Assembly (NCBI GenBank): GCA_965212015.1
Contig: OZ243037.1
Location: forward strand, 800,001-864,000
Length of the DNA stretch: 64,000 nt
DNA from: Cenarchaeum sp.
Lineage (GTDB): Archaea > Thermoproteota > Nitrososphaeria > Nitrososphaerales > Nitrosopumilaceae
Reading direction: 5' to 3'
Shown here one piece after another: positions 40,106 to 50,213 of the stretch. The translations under genes were made by a program, and so were the position numbers. Within the stretch, counting starts at the first letter, position 1. Each line of letters opens with the position of its first letter. Under the pieces are notes generated by a model. That model was not told where the DNA came from. It was given only the letters and a program-made list of their open reading frames with translations, and did not search any database.

Positions 40106-40165
40106 CACAGAATGATGATTAGGTAGCTGATCAATGATGAAAGACACCTGGGGTATCTGACTGTG
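40106..40165 (+). ncRNA. C/D-box guide sRNA
   Basis: Box C ATGATGA 40112-40118, D' CTGA 40127-40130, C' ATGATGA 40134-40140, D CTGA 40157-40160; terminal stem CACAG/CTGTG; TTTATT about 25 nt upstream. Confidence 0.88.
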
Positions 40166-40195
40166 GGTTATCATGTAATAACCAGCGTATTAATA

Positions 40196-40214
40196 GTACG
40201 GTACCATACCGTAC
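40196..40214. promoter_or_regulatory. Perfect 8-bp inverted repeat (candidate operator)
   Basis: GTACGGTA-cca-TACCGTAC between TATTAATA (40188-40195) and ATG 40218. Confidence 0.55.
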
Positions 40215-40217
40215 AAT

Positions 40218-40325
40218 ATGATTCAGTGTGAATACTGCACAAAGGGCTTCATCGAGACCCACTGCGGACTGGCAGAAAAGACCATCCACGAGCTGCTGCA
40301 CGAACCCGAGCTAGTAAACAACTAG
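40218..40325 (+). CDS. 35-aa C2H2-type zinc-finger micro-protein (MIQCEYCTKGFIETHCGLAEKTIHELLHEPELVNN)
   Basis: Manual translation; CxxC...F...HxxxH; TATA-like box 23 nt upstream. Confidence 0.75.
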   Translation: MIQCEYCTKGFIETHCGLAEKTIHELLHEPELVNN

Positions 40326-40379
40326 CCCGTCATTTCTTTTTATCCCAACTCTTTTATGCGCAGCGGGGCTGTCTGTTAC

Positions 40380-41843
40380 ATGGCCGCAAAAAAGGCGCCA
40401 AATAAAGTCACAAAAACTGCAAGGGCACCGACTCCGGCAGCACTGCTAAAAAAAGTGGCATCAGTGTCTGACTCGACAAAAATCCTGACAAGGGAGATAA
40501 AGTCAATGACCAAGATTTTCGCAGAAAACCAAAAGATACTCGTGTCCATGAAGTCCATGATCGACTCGCTTGCAGCAGCAACAGAGCAGGTCCAAAAGCA
40601 GTCAAAACAGATGAACATGCTAGAGGAGGACACCCAAAAGCTGTTCGTCGGCCTAAACCACGTAAGGAACCAGTCGGCAATGATCACCCAGATAAACGAT
40701 CAGTCCGCCCGGCTAGAGGAGCAGATCCGCAGAATTCAGAGGGAGGGACGCAGTGCCGATGCGCAAAAGCTCGCAGAAAAGGTATCAGACAGCATGGACT
40801 CGATCAGGAACAATTCACAGATGATAATAAAAATAGCACAAAGGGTAGACGAGGTAAGGGACAGCCTGAGAAAGGTGTCGGCCCGGACCGATGCCATGAC
40901 CGACGTGGGCTCAGAGCTGGACGGAATGAAAAAAGAGTTCAGGGCAATGGCGGAGAAGGCCAAGGCCGGCTCTGAGGCCGACACGGCGTTTCTAAGGGCG
41001 GAGATTCAAAAGCTGAGCCAAAAGACAGAGTCGGCATCGGGCATCGCCTCAGAGATGTCAGGCATCCGGGAGCAGATAGGCGAGATATCTGCCAGGGCCG
41101 AAAAGATGGACTCGCTAGGAGGCATAATCGACGGCCTAAAGCAGCAGTTTGACACCATAGCGGCCAAGGCCGAGTCAGTCTCCGGCGTGGCAGCAAAGCT
41201 GCACGGCGTACAGTCCGAGATGAACTCGCTTGCAAAGTCCAGCGCCGCCGTAGGCGGCAGGCTAGAGTCAGTGGAGAGGGACATGGCAGAGTTCAAGGAC
41301 GGCGTGCTTGGCAGGACCGACAGCATTGAGCAGAAAATCTCGTCACTCACCGACATGGCAAGGAGATCGGATGCTGCCGCATCAGAGTTCCACAAAAAGA
41401 CCGACGCCGTGTTCCAGGAGATCCGGGAGATCAGGCATGACGCAGGCAAGACGGCAGGCGACTCCTCAATGGAGATCATGGCGCTTCTCAAGCTGTCCGA
41501 GTACCAGTCAAGCATGAGAATGAGCGCAGAGTCAAAATACGGCCAGGCAAAGGATCTGGAAAAGATGGCGGGGCAGACCATGCAGATCGTAAACCTGTTT
41601 GACGGAATATCGGTGCAGGCCCGGGAAAAGATCCCGCTGCCGCACGAGGTAAGGCAGTGGGCAGTATCGAAGATACTGGACTGCGCAGACAGGTGGGAGG
41701 TAAGATTCTCAGACGTGCTGAACATACTGATCGGGGGCCTGGGCCGGGATCTGCTAAAGGAGGCCGTCAGAATCAGGCAGGTAAGGGACATTTACGGGAT
41801 AAGGGCAGTAGACGAGATCAGAGGCGAGCTCAACATTTCCTAG
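40380..41843 (+). CDS. Long coiled-coil protein with globular C-terminal domain
   Basis: Heptad repeats over about 350 aa; C-terminal LPHEVRQWAVSKILDCADRWE. Confidence 0.8.
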   Translation: MAAKKAPNKVTKTARAPTPAALLKKVASVSDSTKILTREIKSMTKIFAENQKILVSMKSMIDSLAAATEQVQKQSKQMNMLEEDTQKLFVGLNHVRNQSAMITQINDQSARLEEQIRRIQREGRSADAQKLAEKVSDSMDSIRNNSQMIIKIAQRVDEVRDSLRKVSARTDAMTDVGSELDGMKKEFRAMAEKAKAGSEADTAFLRAEIQKLSQKTESASGIASEMSGIREQIGEISARAEKMDSLGGIIDGLKQQFDTIAAKAESVSGVAAKLHGVQSEMNSLAKSSAAVGGRLESVERDMAEFKDGVLGRTDSIEQKISSLTDMARRSDAAASEFHKKTDAVFQEIREIRHDAGKTAGDSSMEIMALLKLSEYQSSMRMSAESKYGQAKDLEKMAGQTMQIVNLFDGISVQAREKIPLPHEVRQWAVSKILDCADRWEVRFSDVLNILIGGLGRDLLKEAVRIRQVRDIYGIRAVDEIRGELNIS

Positions 41844-43852
41844 ACGCTGTCCAGGCTTGCAAGCTGATCCTTTTTCTGCTTGAGGACCGCAAAGATTCCT
41901 ATTATTGCCGCCATCCACAGCGAGCTGAACAGAATGTTGGCCGGGCTGACATACGCATACGGCGTCGCATCCATGACGCTTATTCTCATCTCCTTTGCGG
42001 CCTCTTTTATGTTGAGCATGCCGGTCTGATAGGCAGAGCTGTCCACAGGCGAGCCGGATATTCCGAGCGCCGTGTCGGACATTTCGTCGAGCTTTGCCTG
42101 CATGAGCCCAAAGTCAGTATCGGGGGTCTGGAATATCCACACCGGGTTTCCCTCCTCTGGCAGGTACGCCTTTGTGTCCTGGACTGTGTCGATGACAGAA
42201 AGCGGTTCTGTCGAGCGCGCAATCTCGGTGAGGTGCCCCCTTGCCAGGTCGAGCGGATAAATGTCGTTGCCGTACCCCACAAAGGCCATATAGACGCCAA
42301 ACACGATTATCACCGCTATTCCGGTCATTGCTATCTTGTAGACGTGTTTTGCCATCCTCTCTTCCCTGCCAATGGCCATGTTTTCACTTGATTTATTTCT
42401 TTTAAATCTCGAGTGCGACAGGCTGAGGTAGGCGATAAAGAAATAGCCCACAGTCTGCAGCCCGATTATCGGCGCGAAAAACACATTGTTTGAGAATATC
42501 GCGATGAATATTCCCAGCACCCCGTATACCCCGAAAAAGATCTCAAGCAGCGTGGTCTTTGTAAACGGAAGATTGTACGCCTTGTCCTTCCAGCCGTCGG
42601 TGTTTTTTACAATGCCGTACTTTGGGGTGCGCAAAAACTCGTTCTTTTTTCCTATTACGGCGTCAAAGACGGCCACCGTGTTGTTCACGGACATTCCAAA
42701 GCTGTACACGAGAAGCGACGGCAGGACGGCGGCCTTTAGCTTCCACGAGTTGCGGTACATCTTTTGCATTATCAAAAGGTACGCCCCGGGACCCATGGCA
42801 AGATACGCCAGTATGGTCAGCGCCGGAAGAAAGCTCACAAGGTACAAGTTGACATTCGACGCCAGGAGAATCGGCAGCGTCAGGAACTGGATTAGCATGA
42901 GCGGAAAGACGATGTGGCGCGTAAGCTGTATGAACGCCTGCACCTTTGCCTCTACGGCGATGGTGCGCTTTATGGCGATGCCGGTGAGCAGCTTGAGGGC
43001 GCACTGGATGGAGCCCTTGGCCCAGCGAAACTGCTGCCTTTTTGCTGCGTTCATCTGTACTGGCAGCTCGGCGTCAATTACAATGTCCGGAAGGAACAGG
43101 CACTTCCAGCCCCTCATCTGCGCCCGGTAGCTCAGATCAAGGTCCTCTACCAGCGTGGCGGTGTGCCATCCGCCCGCATCCTCGATGCACTCCCTGCGCC
43201 ATATTCCCGCAGTCCCGTTAAAGTTCATGAAAAGGTGAGAGTTGCTCTTTGCTGTCTGCTCCACCAGAAAGTGAAAGTCTAGGCTGAGCGCCTGCGCCCT
43301 TGTGACGGCAGAATAGTTCTCGTTTATGTGCCCCCACCTGCACTGCACCAGGCCGATGTTGGACTTTGCGAAATACGGAATCGCCCTCTGCAGGAACCAC
43401 CTTGGCGGGACAAAGTCGGCATCAAAGATGACCACGTATTCCGTGCTAGTCGACTTCATTGCGTGCTTTAGCGCGCCTGCCTTGTATCCGGTACGGGTTC
43501 CGCGCCGTATGTGCTCGATGAAAAACCCCTTTTTCTTATAATCGTCCACCAGGTTTTCCACCAGATCGACTGTGTCGTCATCAGAGTCGTCTAGCACCAT
43601 GATTCTCATCTTTTCCTTGGGATAGTCCATGTCGCATACTGCGTCAATCAGCCTGCAGGCCACGTATTTTTCGTTGTAAATGGGGAGCTGGACTGTCACC
43701 GACGAACCGCCGGCCGTCACCGTGCTGTGCTTTTCCTTTCTGGACGCAGAGAGAAGCGCCAGATAGTAAAAGTTGCAGGTATACAGGGTGATCAGGACTG
43801 CCGATGTTATAAAGAGATTAAAGATCATCTGCGTAAAGGGGTTTACGTCCAT
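41840..43852 (-). CDS. GT2 cellulose/glucomannan synthase-like membrane glycosyltransferase
   Basis: QLPIYNE, LDDSDD, GYKAGAL, FDADF, LVEDLD, QQFRW (D,D,D,QxxRW); TM segments; start ATG 43852. Confidence 0.93.
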   Translation of the reverse strand: MDVNPFTQMIFNLFITSAVLITLYTCNFYYLALLSASRKEKHSTVTAGGSSVTVQLPIYNEKYVACRLIDAVCDMDYPKEKMRIMVLDDSDDDTVDLVENLVDDYKKKGFFIEHIRRGTRTGYKAGALKHAMKSTSTEYVVIFDADFVPPRWFLQRAIPYFAKSNIGLVQCRWGHINENYSAVTRAQALSLDFHFLVEQTAKSNSHLFMNFNGTAGIWRRECIEDAGGWHTATLVEDLDLSYRAQMRGWKCLFLPDIVIDAELPVQMNAAKRQQFRWAKGSIQCALKLLTGIAIKRTIAVEAKVQAFIQLTRHIVFPLMLIQFLTLPILLASNVNLYLVSFLPALTILAYLAMGPGAYLLIMQKMYRNSWKLKAAVLPSLLVYSFGMSVNNTVAVFDAVIGKKNEFLRTPKYGIVKNTDGWKDKAYNLPFTKTTLLEIFFGVYGVLGIFIAIFSNNVFFAPIIGLQTVGYFFIAYLSLSHSRFKRNKSSENMAIGREERMAKHVYKIAMTGIAVIIVFGVYMAFVGYGNDIYPLDLARGHLTEIARSTEPLSVIDTVQDTKAYLPEEGNPVWIFQTPDTDFGLMQAKLDEMSDTALGISGSPVDSSAYQTGMLNIKEAAKEMRISVMDATPYAYVSPANILFSSLWMAAIIGIFAVLKQKKDQLASLDSV

Positions 43853-44098
43853 CCGTATTATGGGCGGGCAGTCGATATTTATATTTGTGATATGCGGCGC
43901 CTCGATTCGAGGAGCGTCTCGTGCCGGCCGGGAATCCCCGGGATTCGCCGATGCCGGACGCCCATAATGAACATGGGGCCCACCTTCCAATTACAGTAAA
44001 CCCTGATCATGCCGCCTATAGTCGGCCAGTGCCCGTACGTGTACTGCCGCATCCTCCCACAGATACAAGATAAATACGCCAGATCCGTGGTTTTTTCA

Positions 44099-45337
44099 TT
44101 GAATGGAATGATTTATGTGATAATAGGCGTCATCGCTGCGGCCTCGGCGGGACTCTTTTTGCTACAGTCCGGCGATTCCGGACCGGCAGACGACGAAACT
44201 GCGGGTGGCATTCCAGGCGTGGTGAATATCGGCATGCTGCTTCCGGCCACCGGCGACATTGCAAGCCACGGCGAGGACAGCATCATTGCATCAAGGCTGG
44301 GAGTCGAGGACTTTAACGCGTATCTGAGGGATGCAGGCGAGACGTGGCAGATGAACCTCGTCGGCGAGGACACGCAGACTGACCCGATAATCGCGCTAGA
44401 AAAGATCCAGTCCCTGAACTCCAAGGGAATAAAGCTGATCCTGGGCACGGAGACTAGCGCGGAGCTAATCAACGTAAAGTCGTACGCAGACTCTAATGAC
44501 ATGCTGCTAATCTCGCCGTCCTCGACTACGCCAAAGCTTGCAATACGGGACAACATATTCCGCCTGGTTCCAGACGACACGATACAGAGCCGCGTGATTG
44601 CACAGCTGCTAGAGCATGACGGCATCAGGGTGCTCGTGCCGGTATACCGGGGCGACGTGTGGGGCGACGGCCTGTACGAGTCTGCGCGGGAATCCTTTGA
44701 GGGGCTTGGCGGGACAGTCGACGACGGCATCAGGTACAACCCCGAGGTTGCCGTATTCTCTACTGAGGCCTCCCTGCTCTCGGGAATAGTCGACGGGTAC
44801 CTGGAGGAGTATTCTGCCGGCGAGGTCGCAGTGCTGGCAATCGGGTTCTCCGAGATGGTCCACCTCCTGAACTCTGCGGACCCTTACGATACGCTGCACA
44901 AAGTAGGATGGTACGGCTCGACCGGATCCGCAAACGATGACGCGATAACTAGAGACCGCATCGCATCGGGGTTTGCCTCCGATGTCACGTTTGTCGCAGG
45001 ACAGTTTTCGGCATCAAAGAGCGAGACGTACGAGCGAGTGCGCAGCCACCTGATAGACGCAATAGGCTCGCCCCCAAACACATACGCCTATTCCTCCTAC
45101 GACTCTGTGTGGCTGCTGGGCCTCTCCATACTTGAAAAACAAACGCTTGATGCGGACATACTTGCAGACGCCATTCCGGGGACCGCACAAAAATACGCCG
45201 GCGCGATAGGCGCCATCGAGCTCAACGAGTACGGCGACTTGGCAATCTCGGACTATGAGCTCTTTACGGTATCGGACGGCAGGTGGGTGACGTACGGGTA
45301 TTATGACTCGTCCTCAAACTCTATCACCGTGCGCTGA
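44099..45337 (+). CDS. Branched-chain amino acid (LivJ/K-type) ABC substrate-binding protein, paralogue of 20991..22235
   Basis: Shares EDTQTDP..ALEKIQSLNSKGIKL and PVYRGDVWGDGLYES with the other copy. Confidence 0.88.
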   Translation: MNGMIYVIIGVIAAASAGLFLLQSGDSGPADDETAGGIPGVVNIGMLLPATGDIASHGEDSIIASRLGVEDFNAYLRDAGETWQMNLVGEDTQTDPIIALEKIQSLNSKGIKLILGTETSAELINVKSYADSNDMLLISPSSTTPKLAIRDNIFRLVPDDTIQSRVIAQLLEHDGIRVLVPVYRGDVWGDGLYESARESFEGLGGTVDDGIRYNPEVAVFSTEASLLSGIVDGYLEEYSAGEVAVLAIGFSEMVHLLNSADPYDTLHKVGWYGSTGSANDDAITRDRIASGFASDVTFVAGQFSASKSETYERVRSHLIDAIGSPPNTYAYSSYDSVWLLGLSILEKQTLDADILADAIPGTAQKYAGAIGAIELNEYGDLAISDYELFTVSDGRWVTYGYYDSSSNSITVR

Positions 45338-45358
45338 GCTGCAAAATACACGCGGCAG

Positions 45359-46315
45359 TTATTTCTGCTCGAATATCTTTATGGCCTTTGGCGGGCATAC
45401 GCCCTCGCATGCAAGGCAAAAGATACAGTCCGGCTCCTTTGACATTAGCGGCTTTTTGCCGGACCCCGAGTTTCCCGGCGTGTCAAAGAACTCGTATACG
45501 CTGACGGGGCACGCCTCTATGCACCCGCCGTCTGCCACGCATATGTCATAGTCGACTGAGACAAACTCGCCCCAGACGCCCATCACCTTGTTGTCTGCCC
45601 CCTTTCTTCCCCACGTCTTGATTGTGTGCTCTGGTGCGGAATACGGGGACGATGCGGGTATCTTGGACTTGAATTCAACGTCAATCGGGCCGGGCTTTGC
45701 GCCGTCAATGTTCCACGTCACCGGGACGTCGGCTACGCCTGCGGCCTCTTCTGCCGGCTCGATGGCCTTTATCTTTGGCTTTGCGTCAGGTACGATCTTT
45801 GCAAGCGGGGTCATTGCCTCGAGCTGCTCGATGGCCCCAATCTCTGAGATTTTGTCCTTGTCTACATAGTGCTTGATTAGCTTGTCAGATAGTATCGTAT
45901 TGCGCAGCATTGTGTCGATTATCATCTTTGCATAGTGATCGGCCTTTTTTCGATAGTCGCGCACCCACTGCGGGTCGCCGAACTTTTCTATCGGAAATAT
46001 CTGGTATATCACGTCGATTACCTCGCCTGTGACGATCTCGACTGTGACGCACAGCTCGACTTGCTTGTACCCCTTGGCGTCGGGATTCTCGGAGCTCTGC
46101 TCGGTCCACCTGTAGGTGGCGTATATCCTGTCGGCATACATGTCCATCTCGAAGGTCTTTTTCATGCCGTCATGGATTGACTTTATCTCGTCGGGATCCT
46201 CTAGCGTGATGGGCAGGCGGTACAGTCCGAGCTTGTAGCCGTGCAGCGGATAAACCCCCCTTTTTGCGGTGGGCGCCTCCATCGAGTATACGCGATCCTT
46301 GAGCAAGAGGGACAT
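45359..46315 (-). CDS. Di-cluster ferredoxin domain fused to an N-terminal domain of unknown function
   Basis: CVADGGCIEACP and CIFCLACEGVCP. Confidence 0.85.
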   Translation of the reverse strand: MSLLLKDRVYSMEAPTAKRGVYPLHGYKLGLYRLPITLEDPDEIKSIHDGMKKTFEMDMYADRIYATYRWTEQSSENPDAKGYKQVELCVTVEIVTGEVIDVIYQIFPIEKFGDPQWVRDYRKKADHYAKMIIDTMLRNTILSDKLIKHYVDKDKISEIGAIEQLEAMTPLAKIVPDAKPKIKAIEPAEEAAGVADVPVTWNIDGAKPGPIDVEFKSKIPASSPYSAPEHTIKTWGRKGADNKVMGVWGEFVSVDYDICVADGGCIEACPVSVYEFFDTPGNSGSGKKPLMSKEPDCIFCLACEGVCPPKAIKIFEQK

Positions 46316-46426
46316 CTGTCTATAATTGATGACGATTGTTTAAAAACCTATCCAGCCATAGGCGCATGCGTCTTGTCCAAAAAATAGCTCACCCCCCGTC
46401 TGGCACCGCGGCACCCAAGACCACCA

Positions 46427-48922
46427 TCACACTATTGGCCTGTTTCCGGCGTGATCCACCAGCACGGTATTCTCCCCGCCGGCAATCCTTGCAAACACCT
46501 CGATTGCAGAGGCTTTGTGCAGAAACTCGTTGTTGTTGCCGCACCTGTACGAAAACGTGCACCGCGGGCATCCTGCCTCGCCCCTGCAGGGGCACTCGCG
46601 TACGATGGACAGGCTGCGCCCTATGGCATTCTCAAACCTGTCATAGAGCGCCTTGCTTGCCCCGCTTCCCCCGATGGCCCCGTCATAGACGAATATCACG
46701 CCGGATGTTCCCATGGATATTCCCCCCAAATCCTGCGAGACTCCGCCCGTTATCATGTTGCTTCCCTCGATTACGACGTGTTCTGCCGCATGATAGCCGC
46801 TTGCCTCCACATACTCTGCGTCCTTTGAGCGCAGCATCTCGTCGGCGGGCTGCGGCGCGTGAAACACCAGCCCCTTTGTTACAAAGTCGTACTCTAGCGG
46901 CAGCTCCAGCGAAACCCTGCTTCCCTGTGCTGCCTCCTGGCCCAGGGCTATGTTGGCATAGCCGTGGACGCTTTTCCTGATGTGCAGCCTGCAAAATGCC
47001 AGCTCCACCCCAAAGGCGGTCCTTTGCTCGATTACCTGCTCTATTGTGGGCCATTCCTCAGTCAGCGCCTTGGTATAGTACGGATAGTCCCGCGGAATCC
47101 TGCTCAGATGCGCGCGAAGGCCAGGATAGTCGAGCTCCTTTACCCTGTACCTAGAGCCGGCAAGAAAATAAATCGCATCCTTGTGCAGCTCTTCTAGTGC
47201 GATGGGCAGTATCCTTTCCCCAACCTTTTTTCTGTCAAGAAAGATATCCACGGAATTTCCGATTCCCCTTATGCTATAGTCCCTCAAAAGCGCACCCGCC
47301 CGAATTAGATCCGGCACGTACCTGCCCTGCCGCAGAACAAGGTTTCCGTCGCTTACGTGCTTTTGTATCGCCGTATCGTGCACGCCAAGCTCGCCGCGCG
47401 GTATGGGCGCGTCGCACGCCATTGCCAGCACCTGGAATTCCTCAACAAACGGGTTTTTCGGATCAATGTAAATTTTTTCTGTGTCCTCGAAATAGTCGTC
47501 CGGATGGTTCTTGTAGTACTGAGAGATTGGATCGTTTCCAAGCGCCAAAAACGCATACCCTTTCTGTCCCTTTCTTGAGGCCCGTCCCATCCTCTGCACC
47601 AGCCGGGTCACCGGAACAATCGACGATATGACGCCGTCCACCCCGCCGATGTCCATTCCCAGCTCAAGGGTCGGCGTGCAGGATATGGCGTCGATTGCAC
47701 CCTCCTTGAAGGCCCTCTCCACCGACCTGCGATAGGCCGCAGTCAGGCCCGCCCTGTGGACCCTTACCCTTATGCCGCGCTTTCTTGCCTGCATGGAGAA
47801 CAGCTCAGAGTTGAGGTGTGAATTGCTAAACACCATTGTCTTGTGCCCGCCGGCTGTGAGCTTTTTTGCAAGATCCACCATCAGCGCCCTCTGCGTTCGC
47901 AGCGACGGAAACAGCATCACAAAGTCAGTCTCGCTCTTTTTTCCAGAGCCGGAGACTAGCTCCATCTCGCAGCCAAAGAGCTCCTCGCAGAATTCTTTTG
48001 CGTTATCCAGCGTGGCAGAGGATGCGACAAACCGGATCCTCCTTGCGATGCGCTTTAGGCGTTTTATTATATAGAACACGTTGGAGCCGAATATTCCGGA
48101 ATACACGTGCGTCTCGTCGACTATGAGGAACCTTGTCCTGCCCAGCAGCGATGCGAACCTTGTCCTGTGCCAGAGGTGATAGTGCAGTATGTCAAAGTTG
48201 GTAATCAGTATTTGCGGCGGATCATCCAGTATTTTCTGCCGGTCGGCCTGTCCCGTGTCCCCGTCAAAGACGCCTGCGTCCATGCCGAGCTTTTCTGCCA
48301 TGGCGGCAATCTTTGGATGCTGATCACGCGCCAGTGACTTTGTGGGATAGACAAACAGGGCCGTCGCCCCGGCGTCTTTTTTGAGCAGGTGTATCACGGG
48401 CAGGACAAACGCCTCTGTCTTGCCTGACGCAGTGGGCGCCTCGATTACCACGTTGCCGCCGCGCGTTATCGCCTCGATTGCGTCCTGCTGGAACTTGTAC
48501 AGCCTCGAGATTCCCGACTCTTGCAGGTGCAGGATAATCCTGCCGTCCAGGCCGGAATCGGACACTGCGCACCCCATCTCCGGCTCTGATCTTTTGATTT
48601 TTTTATAGTACGAGACATAGTCCATCTTTGAGAGCATGACCTGCCTGGTTATGGGATCGACTCTGCGCCCCGCCATCTTTGTTATCTCCGAGGCGTCCCG
48701 GATTATCCCCTCGTCTTTGAGGCCGCGCGCCATCTCTGCCCTGTCAGGTATCTTGCCTCCGTCATGACGGCACAAAAACTCCAGATACGCCTCGTCGTGG
48801 TTTTTTGTGAAATCAAGCAGATCCTCCATGCCGCACGAGGGGCAGGACACCAGTATCTTTCTGCTGAACGTCCTTTGGATGTCCAGCGCGGACTTGCAGC
48901 GCGGGCAGGGGTATTTTTGCAA
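46427..48922 (-). CDS. Hrq1/SftH-like DEAD/DEAH helicase with DUF1998 (MZB) domain
   Basis: PTASGKT, DETH, TPTLELGMDIG, QRMGRASR, CPC...GCPRC. Confidence 0.92.
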   Translation of the reverse strand: MQKYPCPRCKSALDIQRTFSRKILVSCPSCGMEDLLDFTKNHDEAYLEFLCRHDGGKIPDRAEMARGLKDEGIIRDASEITKMAGRRVDPITRQVMLSKMDYVSYYKKIKRSEPEMGCAVSDSGLDGRIILHLQESGISRLYKFQQDAIEAITRGGNVVIEAPTASGKTEAFVLPVIHLLKKDAGATALFVYPTKSLARDQHPKIAAMAEKLGMDAGVFDGDTGQADRQKILDDPPQILITNFDILHYHLWHRTRFASLLGRTRFLIVDETHVYSGIFGSNVFYIIKRLKRIARRIRFVASSATLDNAKEFCEELFGCEMELVSGSGKKSETDFVMLFPSLRTQRALMVDLAKKLTAGGHKTMVFSNSHLNSELFSMQARKRGIRVRVHRAGLTAAYRRSVERAFKEGAIDAISCTPTLELGMDIGGVDGVISSIVPVTRLVQRMGRASRKGQKGYAFLALGNDPISQYYKNHPDDYFEDTEKIYIDPKNPFVEEFQVLAMACDAPIPRGELGVHDTAIQKHVSDGNLVLRQGRYVPDLIRAGALLRDYSIRGIGNSVDIFLDRKKVGERILPIALEELHKDAIYFLAGSRYRVKELDYPGLRAHLSRIPRDYPYYTKALTEEWPTIEQVIEQRTAFGVELAFCRLHIRKSVHGYANIALGQEAAQGSRVSLELPLEYDFVTKGLVFHAPQPADEMLRSKDAEYVEASGYHAAEHVVIEGSNMITGGVSQDLGGISMGTSGVIFVYDGAIGGSGASKALYDRFENAIGRSLSIVRECPCRGEAGCPRCTFSYRCGNNNEFLHKASAIEVFARIAGGENTVLVDHAGNRPIV

Positions 48923-49530
48923 CCATTACCGTATGCGGGATTCCTGATTTATTGCTTGGTTTGCGGTGCGCCGTACGACTAGCCCCCCTGCAACGCAGTT
49001 AATTGTCGTCAGTTTATGTTTTTTCCAGCATGGATGAAATCCGGAAGCGTGTGCTTTGTGGTGGTGTTTCGCAGGACATGCGGGAAGGTTGACGGATCTG
49101 AAAAAATGTCAAACTTTTATGCGCATCCTGGCAGCCCAATTGCAACAAGGCATGAAAGACGGCCCCGCCTGCGAACAGATTCAAAAAAATCCCAGAGACA
49201 AGAAGTAAATATACGACGAGAGAATTTTTAGTTAGGGAAATTTTCGGATCACATATCTTCCAAAAGTCATTCCGCAGCTAAACGTAGCAGAATATTGCTG
49301 GAATCAAACAAAATGTGTCATGGAGGTCTTGGAGTTTTATCCCACAGCGAAGGCTATAAAGAAAAGCAACTTCGAATATTTAAGGACTGCAAGTTTTCAG
49401 TTGGAAATTTTTGTCTGTTGTCCATAAATTCTATTGTCTCTTCTTGGTTATAATTACTCGATACTGTATCAGATATATTATCTGGAGAAGATAATCTTCG
49501 ATCTAAAACTAGATCTTTAGACGGTTAAAT

Positions 49531-50061
49531 TTAAGATTTTTTGCGTGTGGTTATGTCTAGGATAAAAAGATCTTTTTTCGGATCCTCGACAATCTTTCCA
49601 ATGTATTCAAATCCGTATTTTGCATAAAATTGTTTAACTCCATCATCATCTTCTGGATGAAGTATTAGATACCGGCATCCAGTGTATCGTGACATAGATT
49701 TTGCCATGTCTAATGCTATATCGATAAGCGCGGTTCCAACTCCGTGTCTTAAAAATTTCCTGTCTGTTGCCAAATGACTGATTAACAAGGCAGGTATGTT
49801 TCCATCAGTGCCCTTTTCCATCATCGCATCCTTGTTTTCCTTACGAATGTGTGCCATCGCAATAGAGAAATATCCCAATACCTTCTTCTCAAGCTTTAAC
49901 AGATATGTCTGTGCAAGGTTTTCTTGAGCATCATACAAGGCATCGTACTGATAATATTTTACATAATCTGGATTCGTACAATCAAATGTCATGTCCAAAT
50001 TATTATCCATCGCATCGGATGGTTTTAACAGCATAATTTGGGTCTTTGTAAAATCAATCAA
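49531..50061 (-). CDS. GNAT acetyltransferase, TacT/AtaT toxin-like
   Basis: FDC near N-terminus, LGYFSI, IPALLISHLATD, GVGTALI, FYAKYGF; AT-rich. Confidence 0.85.
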   Translation of the reverse strand: MIDFTKTQIMLLKPSDAMDNNLDMTFDCTNPDYVKYYQYDALYDAQENLAQTYLLKLEKKVLGYFSIAMAHIRKENKDAMMEKGTDGNIPALLISHLATDRKFLRHGVGTALIDIALDMAKSMSRYTGCRYLILHPEDDDGVKQFYAKYGFEYIGKIVEDPKKDLFILDITTRKKS

Positions 50062-50213
50062 GATATAGGATCATAATTTTTTGGTATCTTTTTGGCACGC
50101 TCCAGTGCCTCCTCTACCACCTTTATGGATTTATCAGTCGGGCCTTCTTTGAACATTTTTTGCACCTTGGCCCATTGATAATCATCTAACGGAGCGACAT
50201 CTCTTAACACCAT
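50058..50213 (-). CDS. Putative 51-aa antitoxin (MVLRDVAPLDDYQWAKVQKMFKEGPTDKSIKVVEEALERAKKIPKNYDPIS)
   Basis: Manual translation; TTGA overlap with GNAT start; TTTTATA box about 22 nt upstream. Confidence 0.7.
   Translation of the reverse strand: MVLRDVAPLDDYQWAKVQKMFKEGPTDKSIKVVEEALERAKKIPKNYDPIS

Noticed and set aside
48990-49530. AT-rich DNA downstream of the GNAT gene as a third gene
   Set aside because: Only short frames interrupted by stops on both strands; possibly a pseudogene remnant but unidentifiable
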